From contig CAWAWS010000007.1 of assembly GCA_963785725.1 (NCBI GenBank), positions 800,001 to 864,000 on the forward strand: a DNA stretch of 64,000 nt, in the 5' to 3' direction. Each line of letters begins with the position of its first letter. The stretch's first letter is position 1. The position numbers and the translations under genes were made by a program. Positions 43,671 through 55,164 of this stretch are shown in pieces. This DNA is from an uncultured delta proteobacterium. GTDB lineage: Bacteria > Myxococcota_A > Polyangia > Palsa-1104. Below the pieces are notes generated by a model, which searched no databases, was not told the origin of the DNA, and saw nothing but the letters and a program-made list of their open reading frames with translations.

Positions 43671-44282
43671 ATGAAAGCGAATCGGATTCATTTCCAGCGG
43701 AACTGTTCCTTGGTCGGCGCGGCCCTCGCGTTCGCGCTCGTCGGCTGCAGCGCGACTCCCGAAGGCGCCAAGAGTGAAACCACGAGCGCGCAGACGGCGA
43801 GCGATGATCCCGCGCCGAGCGCGACCGAGCTGCTCACCGGCACCTGGACGTACGTGCCCGACGCCAGCTGCGGCGCGGCGCCGTTCGGCACGGTGAGCGG
43901 CAACGAGCTGTCGTTCTCCGCCGGCGGCTATTGCAGCGGCGGCAACGGCGTCCCGTTCGCCGGCTTCACGTATCAGCAGCCGGTGGCGGTCGAAGCCGGC
44001 GGCACTTACGACCTCACGCTGACGCTCTCGGACTTCAACGGCTGGCTCGGCTTCATTCCGACGAGCTTCACGGCGACGATCGCGGGCGTGACGCAGAAGG
44101 TGTCGGCCTCGAGCGCCTCGGTCATCGAGCTGACGTTCGCCATCGACACGCTGCCGCCCGGGCCGACGACCATCACGTTCAACGTTCATCCGCCGGCGGG
44201 CGGCGTCGGACCGGTCAACGGCGGCATCTACCTGACCGAAGAAGGCGTCGACGTCGGATTGTCGCTCACGCGCACCAACTAA
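43671..44282 (+). CDS. Lipoprotein, beta-rich hypothetical
   Basis: RBS AAGGAG; lipobox LVGC; Thr/Gly-rich beta-sandwich-like sequence. Confidence 0.7.
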   Translation: MKANRIHFQRNCSLVGAALAFALVGCSATPEGAKSETTSAQTASDDPAPSATELLTGTWTYVPDASCGAAPFGTVSGNELSFSAGGYCSGGNGVPFAGFTYQQPVAVEAGGTYDLTLTLSDFNGWLGFIPTSFTATIAGVTQKVSASSASVIELTFAIDTLPPGPTTITFNVHPPAGGVGPVNGGIYLTEEGVDVGLSLTRTN

Positions 44283-44290
44283 GCAGCGCG

Positions 44291-44329
44291 CGATCCTGCA
44301 CTGCCTTGGGCGGTGCAGGATCGTCGTTT
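44291..44329. terminator. Intrinsic terminator-like hairpin
   Basis: CGATCCTGCACTGCC-TTG-GGCGGTGCAGGATCG between convergent genes, with a short T tail. Confidence 0.65.
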
Positions 44330-44345
44330 CAATCTCCTCGATACT

Positions 44346-45416
44346 TCAGCGCGGGCGGCCGCGGTCATGTTGAATCGGCCACGCGACTTCCGCACCGAGC
44401 GATTTGGCGGCGTGCAACGCCCAGTTGGGATCGTTGAGCAGCCCGCGCGCGAGCAACACGGCGTCGGCGCTGCCGGACGTCACGATCTCGTTGGCCTGCG
44501 TCGCCTCCGTGATCATGCCGACGGCGCCGGTCGCGATGTGCGCGTCCTGTTTGATGGCGCGCGCGAACGGCACTTGATAGCCGGGCCCGACGACGATCTT
44601 GGCGTCGGGCACGATGCCGCCCGACGAGCAGTCGACCAAGTCGACGCCGCGCGCGCGAAACAACCCCGCCAAACGCACGCTCTGCGACAGGTCCCAGCCG
44701 CCCTCGACCCAGTCGGTGGCCGAGATGCGCACGAACAGCGGCCGCTCGTCAGGCCACGCCGCGCGCACGGCCTCGACCACCGCCAGCGGCAGCCGCGTGC
44801 GCCCCTCGAAGTCGCCGCCCCAGGCGTCGCTGCGCCGGTTGGCCAGCGGCGACAGGAACTGGTGCATCAGGTAGCCGTGCGCGAAGTGCAGCTCGATGAC
44901 CTCGAACCCGGCCGCGTCCGCGCGCTTCGTCGCCGCCGTGAACTCGGCGATGACGCGCGCGATGCCGGCCTCGTCGAGCGCCGCCGGCTCGGGATAGGTC
45001 GGCGAAAACGCCAGCGCGCTCGGCGCCCACGGCGTCCAGCCACCGTCGGCGACCGCGACTTTCTGGCCGCCTTGCCAGGGCCGCGCCGTGCTCGCCTTGC
45101 GGCCGGCGTGCGCCAGCTGAATGCCGGGCACGGCGCCGTTGTCGCGGATGAACTGCGCGATGGGCGCCAGCGCCGCCGCGTGCGCGTCGGACCAAATGCC
45201 GAGATCGTGCGCCGTGATGCGCGCGTCGGCGGCGACGGCGGCCGCCTCGGTGAACACCAGCGCCGCGCCACCGACGGCAAAGCGGCCCAGCTGCACGAGG
45301 TGCCACGGCAGCGCCAACCCGTCGCCGGCGCAGGAGTATTGGCACATCGGCGACACCAGCACGCGATGCTTGAGTTGAACCGAGCGAAGGGTGAGCGGAT
45401 CGAACAGCTGGCTCAT
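44346..45416 (-). CDS. NADH:flavin oxidoreductase / old yellow enzyme (YqjM/NamA-like)
   Basis: VSPMCQYS, GIQLAHAGRKAS, IELHFAHGYLMHQFLSP, VRISATDW and GPGYQVPFA. Confidence 0.93.
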   Translation of the reverse strand: MSQLFDPLTLRSVQLKHRVLVSPMCQYSCAGDGLALPWHLVQLGRFAVGGAALVFTEAAAVAADARITAHDLGIWSDAHAAALAPIAQFIRDNGAVPGIQLAHAGRKASTARPWQGGQKVAVADGGWTPWAPSALAFSPTYPEPAALDEAGIARVIAEFTAATKRADAAGFEVIELHFAHGYLMHQFLSPLANRRSDAWGGDFEGRTRLPLAVVEAVRAAWPDERPLFVRISATDWVEGGWDLSQSVRLAGLFRARGVDLVDCSSGGIVPDAKIVVGPGYQVPFARAIKQDAHIATGAVGMITEATQANEIVTSGSADAVLLARGLLNDPNWALHAAKSLGAEVAWPIQHDRGRPR

Positions 45417-45496
45417 GTCGGCGAAGCCTCCGAGATGCGAGAGGCTGACATCTTAATGCGCCGAGCGGCGCGCGGCTGCTCAGGTGCGGGCGAAAG

Positions 45497-47088
45497 CTAC
45501 AGGAAGTGAACGCCGAGGCCGACCTGCGCGTCGATGTTGAGGCCGCCTTCGCTCGAGCCGCTGGAGATCGCGCCCAAGATGTTGATGTCGAGGATGAAGG
45601 CCAAGTGCGAGCCGATGTCGTACCAAAGCCCGCCGCCGCCGCCCATGAACACGAGCCCGAGCGGCACCGTGTCGAGGCAGTTCTTGGGATTGCCGCACAC
45701 CGTCTGCAGCGCGACTTTGTGGTTGCCGCCGTTGAACTGATCGGCCGTGTACTTGTCGACGAGCGGCTGCGCTTCCGTGTCGCCGCTCGAGATGTCGACG
45801 TACTGGCGAATCTGCCCGCCGCCGATGTCGAGGTGCACGTACGGATGGAAGCGCCCGTCGAGGAAGCGGTAACGCGCGCGCAAGAAGCCGGCGACCGCGC
45901 CGCCCGCCTTCGACGTCGCGCCCTGCTCGTTGCCGGTGACCTTCTGCGTCTCGGCGTTGCCGCCGGTCACGACCTGGAAGCGCCCGAGCAGCGACAGCGA
46001 GAAATGCGGCGTAATCGAATAGCCGAGCTCGACACCGATGTGGAACGGCGCCACCGCCGCGCCCGTGCTGTTGATCGGCGTCGGCAAATAGACGCCATAT
46101 TGCGACTGATATTGATAGGCGACCTCGGTGTGATTGCCCTTCGGCTGCACGCCGAACCCGAAGCCGGGCATGACGAACAGGAACAGGTGGTCATGCGACG
46201 AATGCTTCTCGTCCTCGCGCTTGCGCTTGACCATCCGTTCGCGCGCCAGCGGATCTTCGAGATCGACCTCGGGCACGTTCTGCGGCAGCGGCGCCGTGTC
46301 GGTGATGAGGATGATGAACGGGTTCATCGCCGAGCCGGCGCCGACGACGGCGCGGCCACGCGCGTCGCGCGCCTCCAAGTAATACTGCAGCGACTTGCCG
46401 ACGACGGCGTCGGGCGGGAATGACCGAGACCCAGTCGACGCCGCTCGTGTTCTTCAGCGGCACCGAGCACGAAGTCTTCCTGCCCCGAGCCGCGGTAAAA
46501 CAGGAAGACGCGCGTCGCGCCCACGTCGCTGCCGAGCTTGGCGCGAATGGGAACCGGCGCGTTGGGCCGCGACTCGTCGACGCCGTTGTGCACGAGGCCG
46601 TGCACTTCGTCGCCCGGCGCCGGCGTCGGCGTCGTTGGCGTCGGCGTGCTCGGCACCGTCGGCTCTTCCGGCGTCTTCGGCTCGACCGGCGCCGACGCGG
46701 CCAGCTGCCGCTTGGCCGCCGCGTAGGCCTCGTCCGTCTCGGGCGTCGCCACCGCCGGATCGACCTTGATCTGCGCGTTGATCTTGAGCGCATTCAAGAA
46801 CTGCTGCTGCCCGCGATTCCGATCTTTGAACCCGTTGATGTAGACGATACCGAGGTTCAAATAGGTCTTCGCCGCCGTGGGCCCGTCGTCGAGCCCGTTC
46901 GAGCGCAGCTTCTCCAGCGCGTCCACCAGCGTGCGCCGCGACGACTCGAACTCGAGCGAGTCGTAGTCGTCCATGGCGCGCTTGTTCATCTTGATGACCT
47001 GTTTTTCGACATCGTCGGCGCGCGCAGGCGTGGCCACCGCGGCGCAAACGAGGACGAGAACGGACACGAATAACGACTGACGGCGCAT
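45497..47088 (-). CDS. Secreted TPR protein with C-terminal outer-membrane beta-barrel, two frameshifts near 46466 and 46413
   Basis: Signal peptide, TPR-like AKTYLNLGIVY, Pro/Thr linker, Ig-like LQYYLEARD segment and terminal strand AQVGLGVHFL. Confidence 0.7.
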
Positions 47089-47103
47089 CTTCCTACTACC
47101 CCC

Positions 47104-48149
<1,046 letters not shown>

Positions 48150-48150
<1 letters not shown>

Positions 48151-48488
48151 CAGAACGTGCCCGCCGGCATCGGCGCTTTGACCGGCGCGTCTTCGGCGGA
48201 CGAGCGCGTGCGCGCCAAGCGCGTCGCCGCTTGCCCGAAGTCGCGCGCCTTGCCGCCGAAGCGCGCCGCTTCCTCGTAGCGCGCGTAACCGCCCACTTCG
48301 CGCGCCTTGTGCAGGTACTCGACGGCGGCGGTGTATTCGTACGGCGCCAGCTCGGGGGCGCGCGACGCCTTGGCTTCTTGCACCGCCTTGGACGCCTCGA
48401 AGGTCACGACCGTGAGGTATTCGATCGGCCCGCAGCCCGTCGTGAGCACCGTCGTCGTCAGCAGCACTAGAAGCGCTACGGCGCGCAT
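48150..48488 (-). CDS. DUF4398 domain lipoprotein
   Basis: Lipobox TTGC; APYEYTAAVEYLHKARE; overlaps the start of the OmpA gene. Confidence 0.82.
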
Positions 48489-48568
48489 ATTCTGGGCGAC
48501 CCTATCACGACGCCCACGCGAGTGCGCGCCCATTAATGACCGGTGTCACCGAGAAATCGCCGAGCCGG

Positions 48569-49135
48569 TCAGGCGCGCGCGCGTTTGCCCTGCTCCCACA
48601 ACGTGAAGCCGACGAGCACGATGGCGATGATGACGCCGGTCGACGTGGCGGCGAGCGCCCAGCCGATCTTGCCTTCACCGACGGAGAGCGCGCGACCGGC
48701 GTGATATTCCTCGTACGTGCCGGCGTGCGCCAAGCGGCTGCGGCAGGCGATGAGCACGACGAGCAACACGACGCCGACGGCCGCGATGGCGCCGTACAAC
48801 AGCTTCTCTTTGCGCGCCCGCGCCAGCGCCCAGCCGCCGAGATAGCCGCCCAGCAGCGTCGCCGCATAGCCGAGAAGCACTAGCACGGTCACGCCCCAGG
48901 GCAGCTTCGCCGGGTCGACGAAATACATCCAGCTCCACGCCGGATGGACGAGCGAGAAATAGAGCGCCACCGGCCAGACGATGATCGCCTCGAACGAGAG
49001 GACAGCCATGAGCTCGCGACCCCACGGCGAGCTGCCGGCGCTGAACTGCAAGCGCGCGCACGCCGCGAACACGAGCCCGACGAAGACGCTGAAGATCAGA
49101 ATCGAACGGGATGGTCGTACCCCTCTCGGGCTCAT
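48569..49135 (-). CDS. Multi-pass membrane hypothetical protein
   Basis: About five hydrophobic helices; HPAWSWMYFVDP motif. Confidence 0.75.
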   Translation of the reverse strand: MSPRGVRPSRSILIFSVFVGLVFAACARLQFSAGSSPWGRELMAVLSFEAIIVWPVALYFSLVHPAWSWMYFVDPAKLPWGVTVLVLLGYAATLLGGYLGGWALARARKEKLLYGAIAAVGVVLLVVLIACRSRLAHAGTYEEYHAGRALSVGEGKIGWALAATSTGVIIAIVLVGFTLWEQGKRARA

Positions 49136-49136
49136 C

Positions 49137-50696
49137 TTAACCCGAAGAATTTTTGGGACGCAAAGGTCTCGGGATGGTTTTCTCGTCGGCGCCTTCGTCG
49201 GCGAAGCCGAACGTCTGATCGAGCGCGGCTTCCAACGCCTCCAATTCGAGGTAGGTGTTCTCGGCCAGCGGGTCATCGTCGGCGACGACGGGCGGGTCGC
49301 GCACGAGGCCGGCCGGCTCGACGTCGAGCTCGCCGAAGTCGGCGTCCATTTCGATGACGACCTCGCCCGAGATCTCCGGCACCGGCGGCGTCGGCGGCGG
49401 CAAGTCGCCGATGTGGATCTCGCCCGAGCGCTCGCTGGACACGCGCGAGTCGAACATGACCTCGGGCGGCATCGGTCGCCGCGCCGTCGTCGTGTCGGGA
49501 TGCGAGGGCAGGGCGTCGATCGGCGACACCGCCGGCGTCGGCGGCGTCCACGACGACGGCGGCAGGAGCTGCGCGTAGGCCTCGAGCAGCCGCCGTCGCG
49601 TCGCCGACGCCGGATGCGACGCGCGGATGCGATCGTAGCCGGCCTCGGCGATGCGCTCGCGCTCGGCCGGATCGTCGAGCAGCCGGGCGATGGCGCGCGC
49701 CAAATCCGCGTCGTCGCCGGGCGCGAACAGGAGGCCGGTGACGCCGTCCTCGACGAGCTCTTGCACGGCCGGCCGCCGCGGCGCCACGACCGCGCGCCGG
49801 CAGGCCGAATACTCGAGCAGCTTCGTGGGAAAGCTGGCCAGCGGCCGCTCGTCGCTAGGCGCCGACGGCGCCACGCACACCGTCGCCTGCGCGATGACGC
49901 GCGGCATGTCGTCGTGCTCGATGGCGCCGAGGCGCTCGACGTCGCTCTCGTCGAGGCCGGTCTCGAGCCGCGCGTCGTCGAGGATCGCCTGAAAGCCGTC
50001 GTCGATGGCGCCGGCGAGCACGAGCTTGACCGGCCGCTGCTGCTTGACGCGCGCCAACGCCCGCATGAGCAGCCGCACGCCCCGTCCGCCGGCGATCTTG
50101 CCCGAATACAGCACCCGCGGTATCTCGTTGGCCTGCGCGCCCGTGAGCAGCGTCGGCTCCCAGTCGAAGTGGTCGACGTCGACGCCGGGCGGCACGACTT
50201 GCACGCGCTGTCCCAAACCGCGCGCCACCAACGATTCCCGCGCGCTATGGGTCGGCACCAGCACCAAATCGGCCCGCTCCAGGCACAGCTGCTCCTCGGC
50301 GGCCAGCTCCAGCGACAGGCCGGCGTCGGCGGCGCGCGGCTCACCCTCCGTCGAGCGAGCCACTTCGTAGACCAGCTTGCCCGACGCGCCGGCGAGCACC
50401 GCCAGACCACCCCAGGCCGAGCGCAGATGTACGACGTCGTACTCTTCGCCCTCGAGCTGGCGGCGAATGGCGCGGCGAAACATCTCCACCTGCTCGCCCA
50501 AGCTGCCGACGACGGGGACGCGCAGCATCCGCGTCTTCATGAAGCGCTCTTGGAAGGCCATGGTTCCGGCGCGCAAAGTCAGCACATCGACGGAATAACG
50601 CGGCGCCAGCGCCTTCAAGACGTTGACCAATTGGACGCCATGGCGGTCGGGCGCCGGGCAAACGCTGAAAGAAACGATGAGAAGTCGCGAGGACAA
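49137..50696 (-). CDS. Glycosyltransferase family 4 protein with acidic, Pro-rich C-terminal tail
   Basis: VVPPGVD, VLYSG, FPTKLLEY and ELVEDGVTGLLFAPGD; TTG start. Confidence 0.87.
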   Translation of the reverse strand: MSSRLLIVSFSVCPAPDRHGVQLVNVLKALAPRYSVDVLTLRAGTMAFQERFMKTRMLRVPVVGSLGEQVEMFRRAIRRQLEGEEYDVVHLRSAWGGLAVLAGASGKLVYEVARSTEGEPRAADAGLSLELAAEEQLCLERADLVLVPTHSARESLVARGLGQRVQVVPPGVDVDHFDWEPTLLTGAQANEIPRVLYSGKIAGGRGVRLLMRALARVKQQRPVKLVLAGAIDDGFQAILDDARLETGLDESDVERLGAIEHDDMPRVIAQATVCVAPSAPSDERPLASFPTKLLEYSACRRAVVAPRRPAVQELVEDGVTGLLFAPGDDADLARAIARLLDDPAERERIAEAGYDRIRASHPASATRRRLLEAYAQLLPPSSWTPPTPAVSPIDALPSHPDTTTARRPMPPEVMFDSRVSSERSGEIHIGDLPPPTPPVPEISGEVVIEMDADFGELDVEPAGLVRDPPVVADDDPLAENTYLELEALEAALDQTFGFADEGADEKTIPRPLRPKNSSG

Positions 50697-50771
50697 GTTG
50701 CCGTCCGGCCGAAAATATTATATTAGCAGCAGTTCAAAACCCAACGCGCATCACGAGGGAGGCACCGTCCC

Positions 50772-51026
50772 GTGAAACAGCTCATCCAGTACCTCCTCGA
50801 AAATCTGATTCTCGACTTCCAGGGCGATTTGACGCTCGACATGGTGCGCGATTTCTTGCGCGATGACGAGAGCCGCGAAGGTCGCGCGCTGCTCGGCAAG
50901 CTGGTCGAAGACCGTGGCGTCTCGGACATGATGATCACCCTCGCCGATTGTCTACAGGATTACCTGAAGACCGGTATCAACGACGAGACGCTCCGGGAGC
51001 AGATCCGCACCTACGCCGAGTCGTAG
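50772..51026 (+). CDS. Small acidic hypothetical protein
   Basis: RBS GGAGG; 84 aa, helical; strong codon bias. Confidence 0.75.
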   Translation: MKQLIQYLLENLILDFQGDLTLDMVRDFLRDDESREGRALLGKLVEDRGVSDMMITLADCLQDYLKTGINDETLREQIRTYAES

Positions 51027-51028
51027 GC

Positions 51029-51904
51029 ATGTCCGTACGGCCCGCCGCGTTCGCCGGAGGGTCACTTTTAGTCCTCCTCAGCTCGGCGTGCAGCTATCCG
51101 ACGACGAAAGGGCCGCAATATGGCGGTCCTTCGTCGTCGCCGCTGCAGGTCGTGTTCTCGAGCGATCCCGCGCCCGCCGACGACGGCACCATCGCGCGTG
51201 ACGCGCGGCTCATCCTCACGTTCGACGATTATGTAGATCCCGACTCCGTGTCCTACGGGCCGCTCCTGTTGCGCTCGGGATCGGCGAGCTTCGATTACTC
51301 GGCGACGATCGACTTCGTCGATCGCCAGATCATCGTCACGCCGCGCACGCTCTTGTCGCCGGCGACGCAATACGAGCTGACGGCGACCGATCTGTTGGCG
51401 CTCGACGGCCGGACGCAGCAGGGCCAGGTCGCGTCGTTCTCGTATCAGGTGGGCTTGACGGTCAGCAATACGACGATGCCGCTGCCGAGCTTGACGTGGA
51501 ACGACGATATTCAGCCGATCTTGGGCGAGTGTGCGCCGTTTTGCCATTCGCCGATCGGCGCCTCGGGCGACACGCGCCCGCCGACGCGGCAGCTCGACCT
51601 GACCGGCAACCCGTACGATCCCATCTTCGGCCTCGTCGGCGTCCTCGCGGTCGGCGAGAACGGCACGGCCAATCCGCTGTTACGCGTCGCGCCCGGCGAT
51701 CCGGCGCGCAGCGTCTTGTTGCGCAAGCTCATCGGCGGCGATCCGCACGCCGACTCGCTCGATCCGAGCTACCCCGATCTGGCCGTCGACGGGCGGCGCA
51801 TGCCGATTCCGCTCGACGAGAGCCAGCCGGCGACCGAGGTGCTCGACGACGACGAGCTGCACGCCATCCAAGACTGGATCGCCGGCGGCGCCGCGCTCGA
51901 CTGA
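51029..51904 (+). CDS. Lipoprotein with Ig-like (Big_5-type) domain and cytochrome c-like C-terminus
   Basis: Lipobox SSAC; LILTFDDYVDP...LSPATQYEL; TWNDDIQPILGECAPFCH...RMP...IQDWIAGGA. Confidence 0.72.
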   Translation: MSVRPAAFAGGSLLVLLSSACSYPTTKGPQYGGPSSSPLQVVFSSDPAPADDGTIARDARLILTFDDYVDPDSVSYGPLLLRSGSASFDYSATIDFVDRQIIVTPRTLLSPATQYELTATDLLALDGRTQQGQVASFSYQVGLTVSNTTMPLPSLTWNDDIQPILGECAPFCHSPIGASGDTRPPTRQLDLTGNPYDPIFGLVGVLAVGENGTANPLLRVAPGDPARSVLLRKLIGGDPHADSLDPSYPDLAVDGRRMPIPLDESQPATEVLDDDELHAIQDWIAGGAALD

Positions 51905-51935
51905 CTTCGCGTCAGGCCGAGCTGCGGCCGGCCGG

Positions 51936-52605
51936 TCAGCGCGCGTAGGCGGTGCCGCGCGCCGCGGCGTTGGCGGCCGCGAAGCCGCGGTCGAGCAGCG
52001 CCAGAAACGCCGCGCGCGTGACGGCGGCGCGGGATGACCGCTGGCGGCGCAAGGTCTCGCGATAGGCGACGCGCCAGGCGCCGACCAGCAGCGCGGCGAC
52101 CAGCTGCGCGATCGGCTCGCCGGCCGGCGCGCCGACGGTCTCGGCGAGCATGCGGCCGAGGTCGCGCTCCAGCTCGGCGGCGAGCTTGCGCGTATGCGCC
52201 CGCAGCGCCGGGCTGGCGGCCACGACGTTCCAGAAACCGGCGACGACCGGCGTCATCTTGACCAGCTGGTGACGCTGCTCCACCAGCTCGTGGACGAGCG
52301 CGCGCAGGGCCGCCAGCGGCGCTTGGGCGCCGCGCGTGGCCAGCCGGTCGTAGAGGAGCTGCCGCGGCTCGTCGCTGCGGTCGAAGAGCAGAATCCTCCT
52401 TGCGCGCGAAGTAGTTGAACACCGTCATCTTCGCGACGTCGGCGGCGGCCGCGACGTCGTCCACCGTGACATTGTCGAAGCCGCGCTCGCTGAACAGCGC
52501 CGTCGCCACGTTCGAGATCCGCTGCCGCGTCGCTCGCTTCTTGCGCGCGCGCAGGCCGTCGTCGCTGGCGGTCGTCGGGGCAGCTTCGCGGTCGGCTTCG
52601 GCCAT
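51936..52605 (-). CDS. TetR family transcriptional regulator, one frameshift near 52393
   Basis: GLRARKKRATRQRI...GFDNVTVDDVAAAADVAKMTVFNYFARKED, continuing as LLFDR after deleting one T. Confidence 0.88.
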
Positions 52606-52630
52606 GGCTAATATTAGACCACAAACAAAC

Positions 52631-52645
52631 TTGTACTTGGTACAA
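52631..52645. promoter_or_regulatory. Probable TetR operator palindrome
   Basis: TTGTAC-TTG-GTACAA in the AT-rich gap between the divergent tetR and monooxygenase genes. Confidence 0.65.
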
Positions 52646-52654
52646 AATTGAGCC

Positions 52655-54227
52655 ATGCTCGGGCGCATGATGCAGCGCTCGGTCGATGACGATGGCTTGG
52701 TCTACGACGTGATCATCGCCGGGGCCGGCCCGGTCGGGCTGTTCCTGGCCTGCGAGCTGCGGCTCGCCAAGCGTTCGGTGCTGGTGCTCGAACAGCTGGA
52801 GGATCCGCGCTCGCCGCTGAAGCGGCTGCCGTTCGGCATGCGCGGGCTGTGGGGGCCGAGCGTCGAGGCCTTCTACCGGCGCGGCCTCGTCGAGCAGATC
52901 GCGTCGCAACGTCGTGACGACGCGAGCGCGCCGCGACCGGGCGCGGTGGCGTCCGATGCGCCGCGCCGCGGGCCGGCCGGCCACTTCGCGGGCATCCAGT
53001 TCGACTACGCCAACATCGATGCGTCGCGGTGGCGTTACCGGCTGGCGGGGCCGGGCGATACGCAGCTGGGCGTCGAAATGGAGCACCTCGAGCGCGTCCT
53101 TGCCGAGCAGGCGCTGTCCGCCGGCGTCGAGATCCGGCGCGGCCATGGCGTCGCCGGCTTCGAGGCTTCAGAGCGACGCGGTCATCGTGCGCGCCGGCGA
53201 GCAGCGCCTTTTTGCGCGCTGGCTCGTGGGCTGCGACGGCGGCCGCAGCACGGTGCGCAAGCAAGCCGGCTTCGAATTCGTCGGGACCGCGCCGGAATTC
53301 ACGGGCTATTCGGTGCAAGTCGACCTCGCCGACCCGGCGCGGCTGCCGCTCGGCCGGCACTACACGCCGACCGGGATGTACACGCAGTGGCAGCCCGGGG
53401 TGCTCGCGATCGCCGACTTCGACGGCGGCGCCTTCCATCGCACGCAGCCGATCACGCGCGAGCACGTGCAAGCGGTCTTGCGCCGCGTCTCCGGCACCGA
53501 CGTGACCTTGAACGCGCTGCACCTCGCGTCGACGTGGACCGACCGTTCGCAGCAAGCCACGACCTATCGCAAAGGACGCGTGCTGCTGGCGGGCGACGCG
53601 GCGCACGTGCACTCACCGCTCGGCGGACAAGGCTTGAACCTCGGGCTCGGCGACGCGATGAACCTCGGGTGGAAGCTGGCCGCCACCCTCCGCGGCGACG
53701 CCCCCGATGGCTTGCTCGACAGCTACACCGCGGAGCGGCATCCGGTCGGCGCGCGCATCCTCGAGTGGACGCGGGCCCAAGTCGCGTCGATGCGACCGGA
53801 CCCACAGGCGCGCGCGCTCCAAGCCGTCCTGCGCGACCTCATCGAGACGCGCGACGGCGCGACCTACTTCGCCGAACGCGTCTGGGGCGTGTCGCTGCGC
53901 TACGATCTCGGCGACGCGCACCCGTTGGTGGGCCGCAGCTGCCCCGACTTCGAGCTGGCCGACGGAACGAGGCTCGGCACGCTGCTCCGCGACGGACAGG
54001 GCGTGCTCTTGGACTTCGGCGCGTCGCTGCAATCGCTCGCCGGCCGCTGGGGCGACCGCGTCAGGTACGTCGCCGGCGACGCCAAGGATCGCCTGGGGCT
54101 GCGCGCGCTGCTGGTGCGTCCTGACGGGTTCGTGGCCTGGGCGAGCGACACGACGGCCGATCCCGAGGCCGTCGCAGGCGCTGCGGCGAAGTGGTTCGCG
54201 AGCCGCGAGCCGCAAGGCCGTCCGTAG
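52655..54227 (+). CDS. FAD-dependent monooxygenase (aromatic hydroxylase family), one frameshift near 53170
   Basis: GAGPVG, LVGCDGGRSTVRK, GRVLLAGDAAHVHSPLGGQGLNLG and LLVRPDGFVAW. Start may be 52667. Confidence 0.9.
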
Positions 54228-54344
54228 CCGACCCGCGCCGTTCGGCCGCACCTGCTCGTCGCGCCTCCGAATTCACGAAAGCCGGCAACAGATTCGGCAA
54301 TAATGCCGCTGTCTATTTCCACGGTCACGGTGAAGGAGGGAGCG

Positions 54345-55121
54345 ATGAGCAACCACGGTCGCATCGTCTGGCACGACCTGAACACGACGGATTTGCCGCG
54401 TTCGCGCGCGTTCTACAGCGAGCTGTTCGGCTGGAGCGTGAGCGAGCACGGGCAGTGGACCTTCATCGCGCCCGCGGGCGAGACGCAGCACTTCGGCACG
54501 ATGGTCGCGCACGATCCGAAGGGCAACGTCCCGTCGCATTGGGTGCCGTATCTGACGGTGCCCAACCTCGACGCCGCCATCGGCGAAGTGGCGGGCGCGG
54601 GCGGTAAGATCACGGTTCCGAAGACGCCGGCCGGCTCGACCGGGCATTTTTCGTACGCGCTCGATCCGCAGCAGGCCGCGTTCGCGCTCTGGCAATATGC
54701 GCCCGATTCGCCGGGAAAACCCGAGATCGACGGCCCGTCGCCGCCGCTCGGCTACTTCTGTTGGGACGAGCTGTTGACGTCCGATCCCGAAGCCGCGATG
54801 AAGTTTTACGCGCGCGTCGTCGGCTACGAGACCGAGGCGTCGAACGTGCCGGGGATGCAGTACACGCTGTTCTTGCGGCCCGACAAGCGCGCCGACGGCA
54901 CGCGGCGGCAAGGCGCGGGCATGATGAAGCTGCCGCCGGGCGTGCCGCACCCGTTCTGGCTCAGCTACGTCTTGGTCAGCGACTGCGATCGCACGGCCGA
55001 CAAAGCCAAAGCGCTGGGCGCGCAGATCGTCGCCGCGCCGATGAACATCCCCAACGTCGGCCGCATCGCCACGCTGCTCGATCCGACGCACGCCGCCATC
55101 GGCATCATCGCCGCCCAATAA
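54345..55121 (+). CDS. Two-domain VOC/glyoxalase family protein
   Basis: RBS AAGGAGG; WHDLNT...AFYSELFGW and WDELLT...FYARVVGY repeats. Confidence 0.9.
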   Translation: MSNHGRIVWHDLNTTDLPRSRAFYSELFGWSVSEHGQWTFIAPAGETQHFGTMVAHDPKGNVPSHWVPYLTVPNLDAAIGEVAGAGGKITVPKTPAGSTGHFSYALDPQQAAFALWQYAPDSPGKPEIDGPSPPLGYFCWDELLTSDPEAAMKFYARVVGYETEASNVPGMQYTLFLRPDKRADGTRRQGAGMMKLPPGVPHPFWLSYVLVSDCDRTADKAKALGAQIVAAPMNIPNVGRIATLLDPTHAAIGIIAAQ

Positions 55122-55164
55122 TCCCGACTGAATTCGCTGGCGAACCGGAGAAGCGCGCTGCCCG

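Noticed and set aside
52655..54227. Calling the monooxygenase rox or tetX
   Set aside because: Only family-level motifs are visible, so substrate specificity is unsupported.
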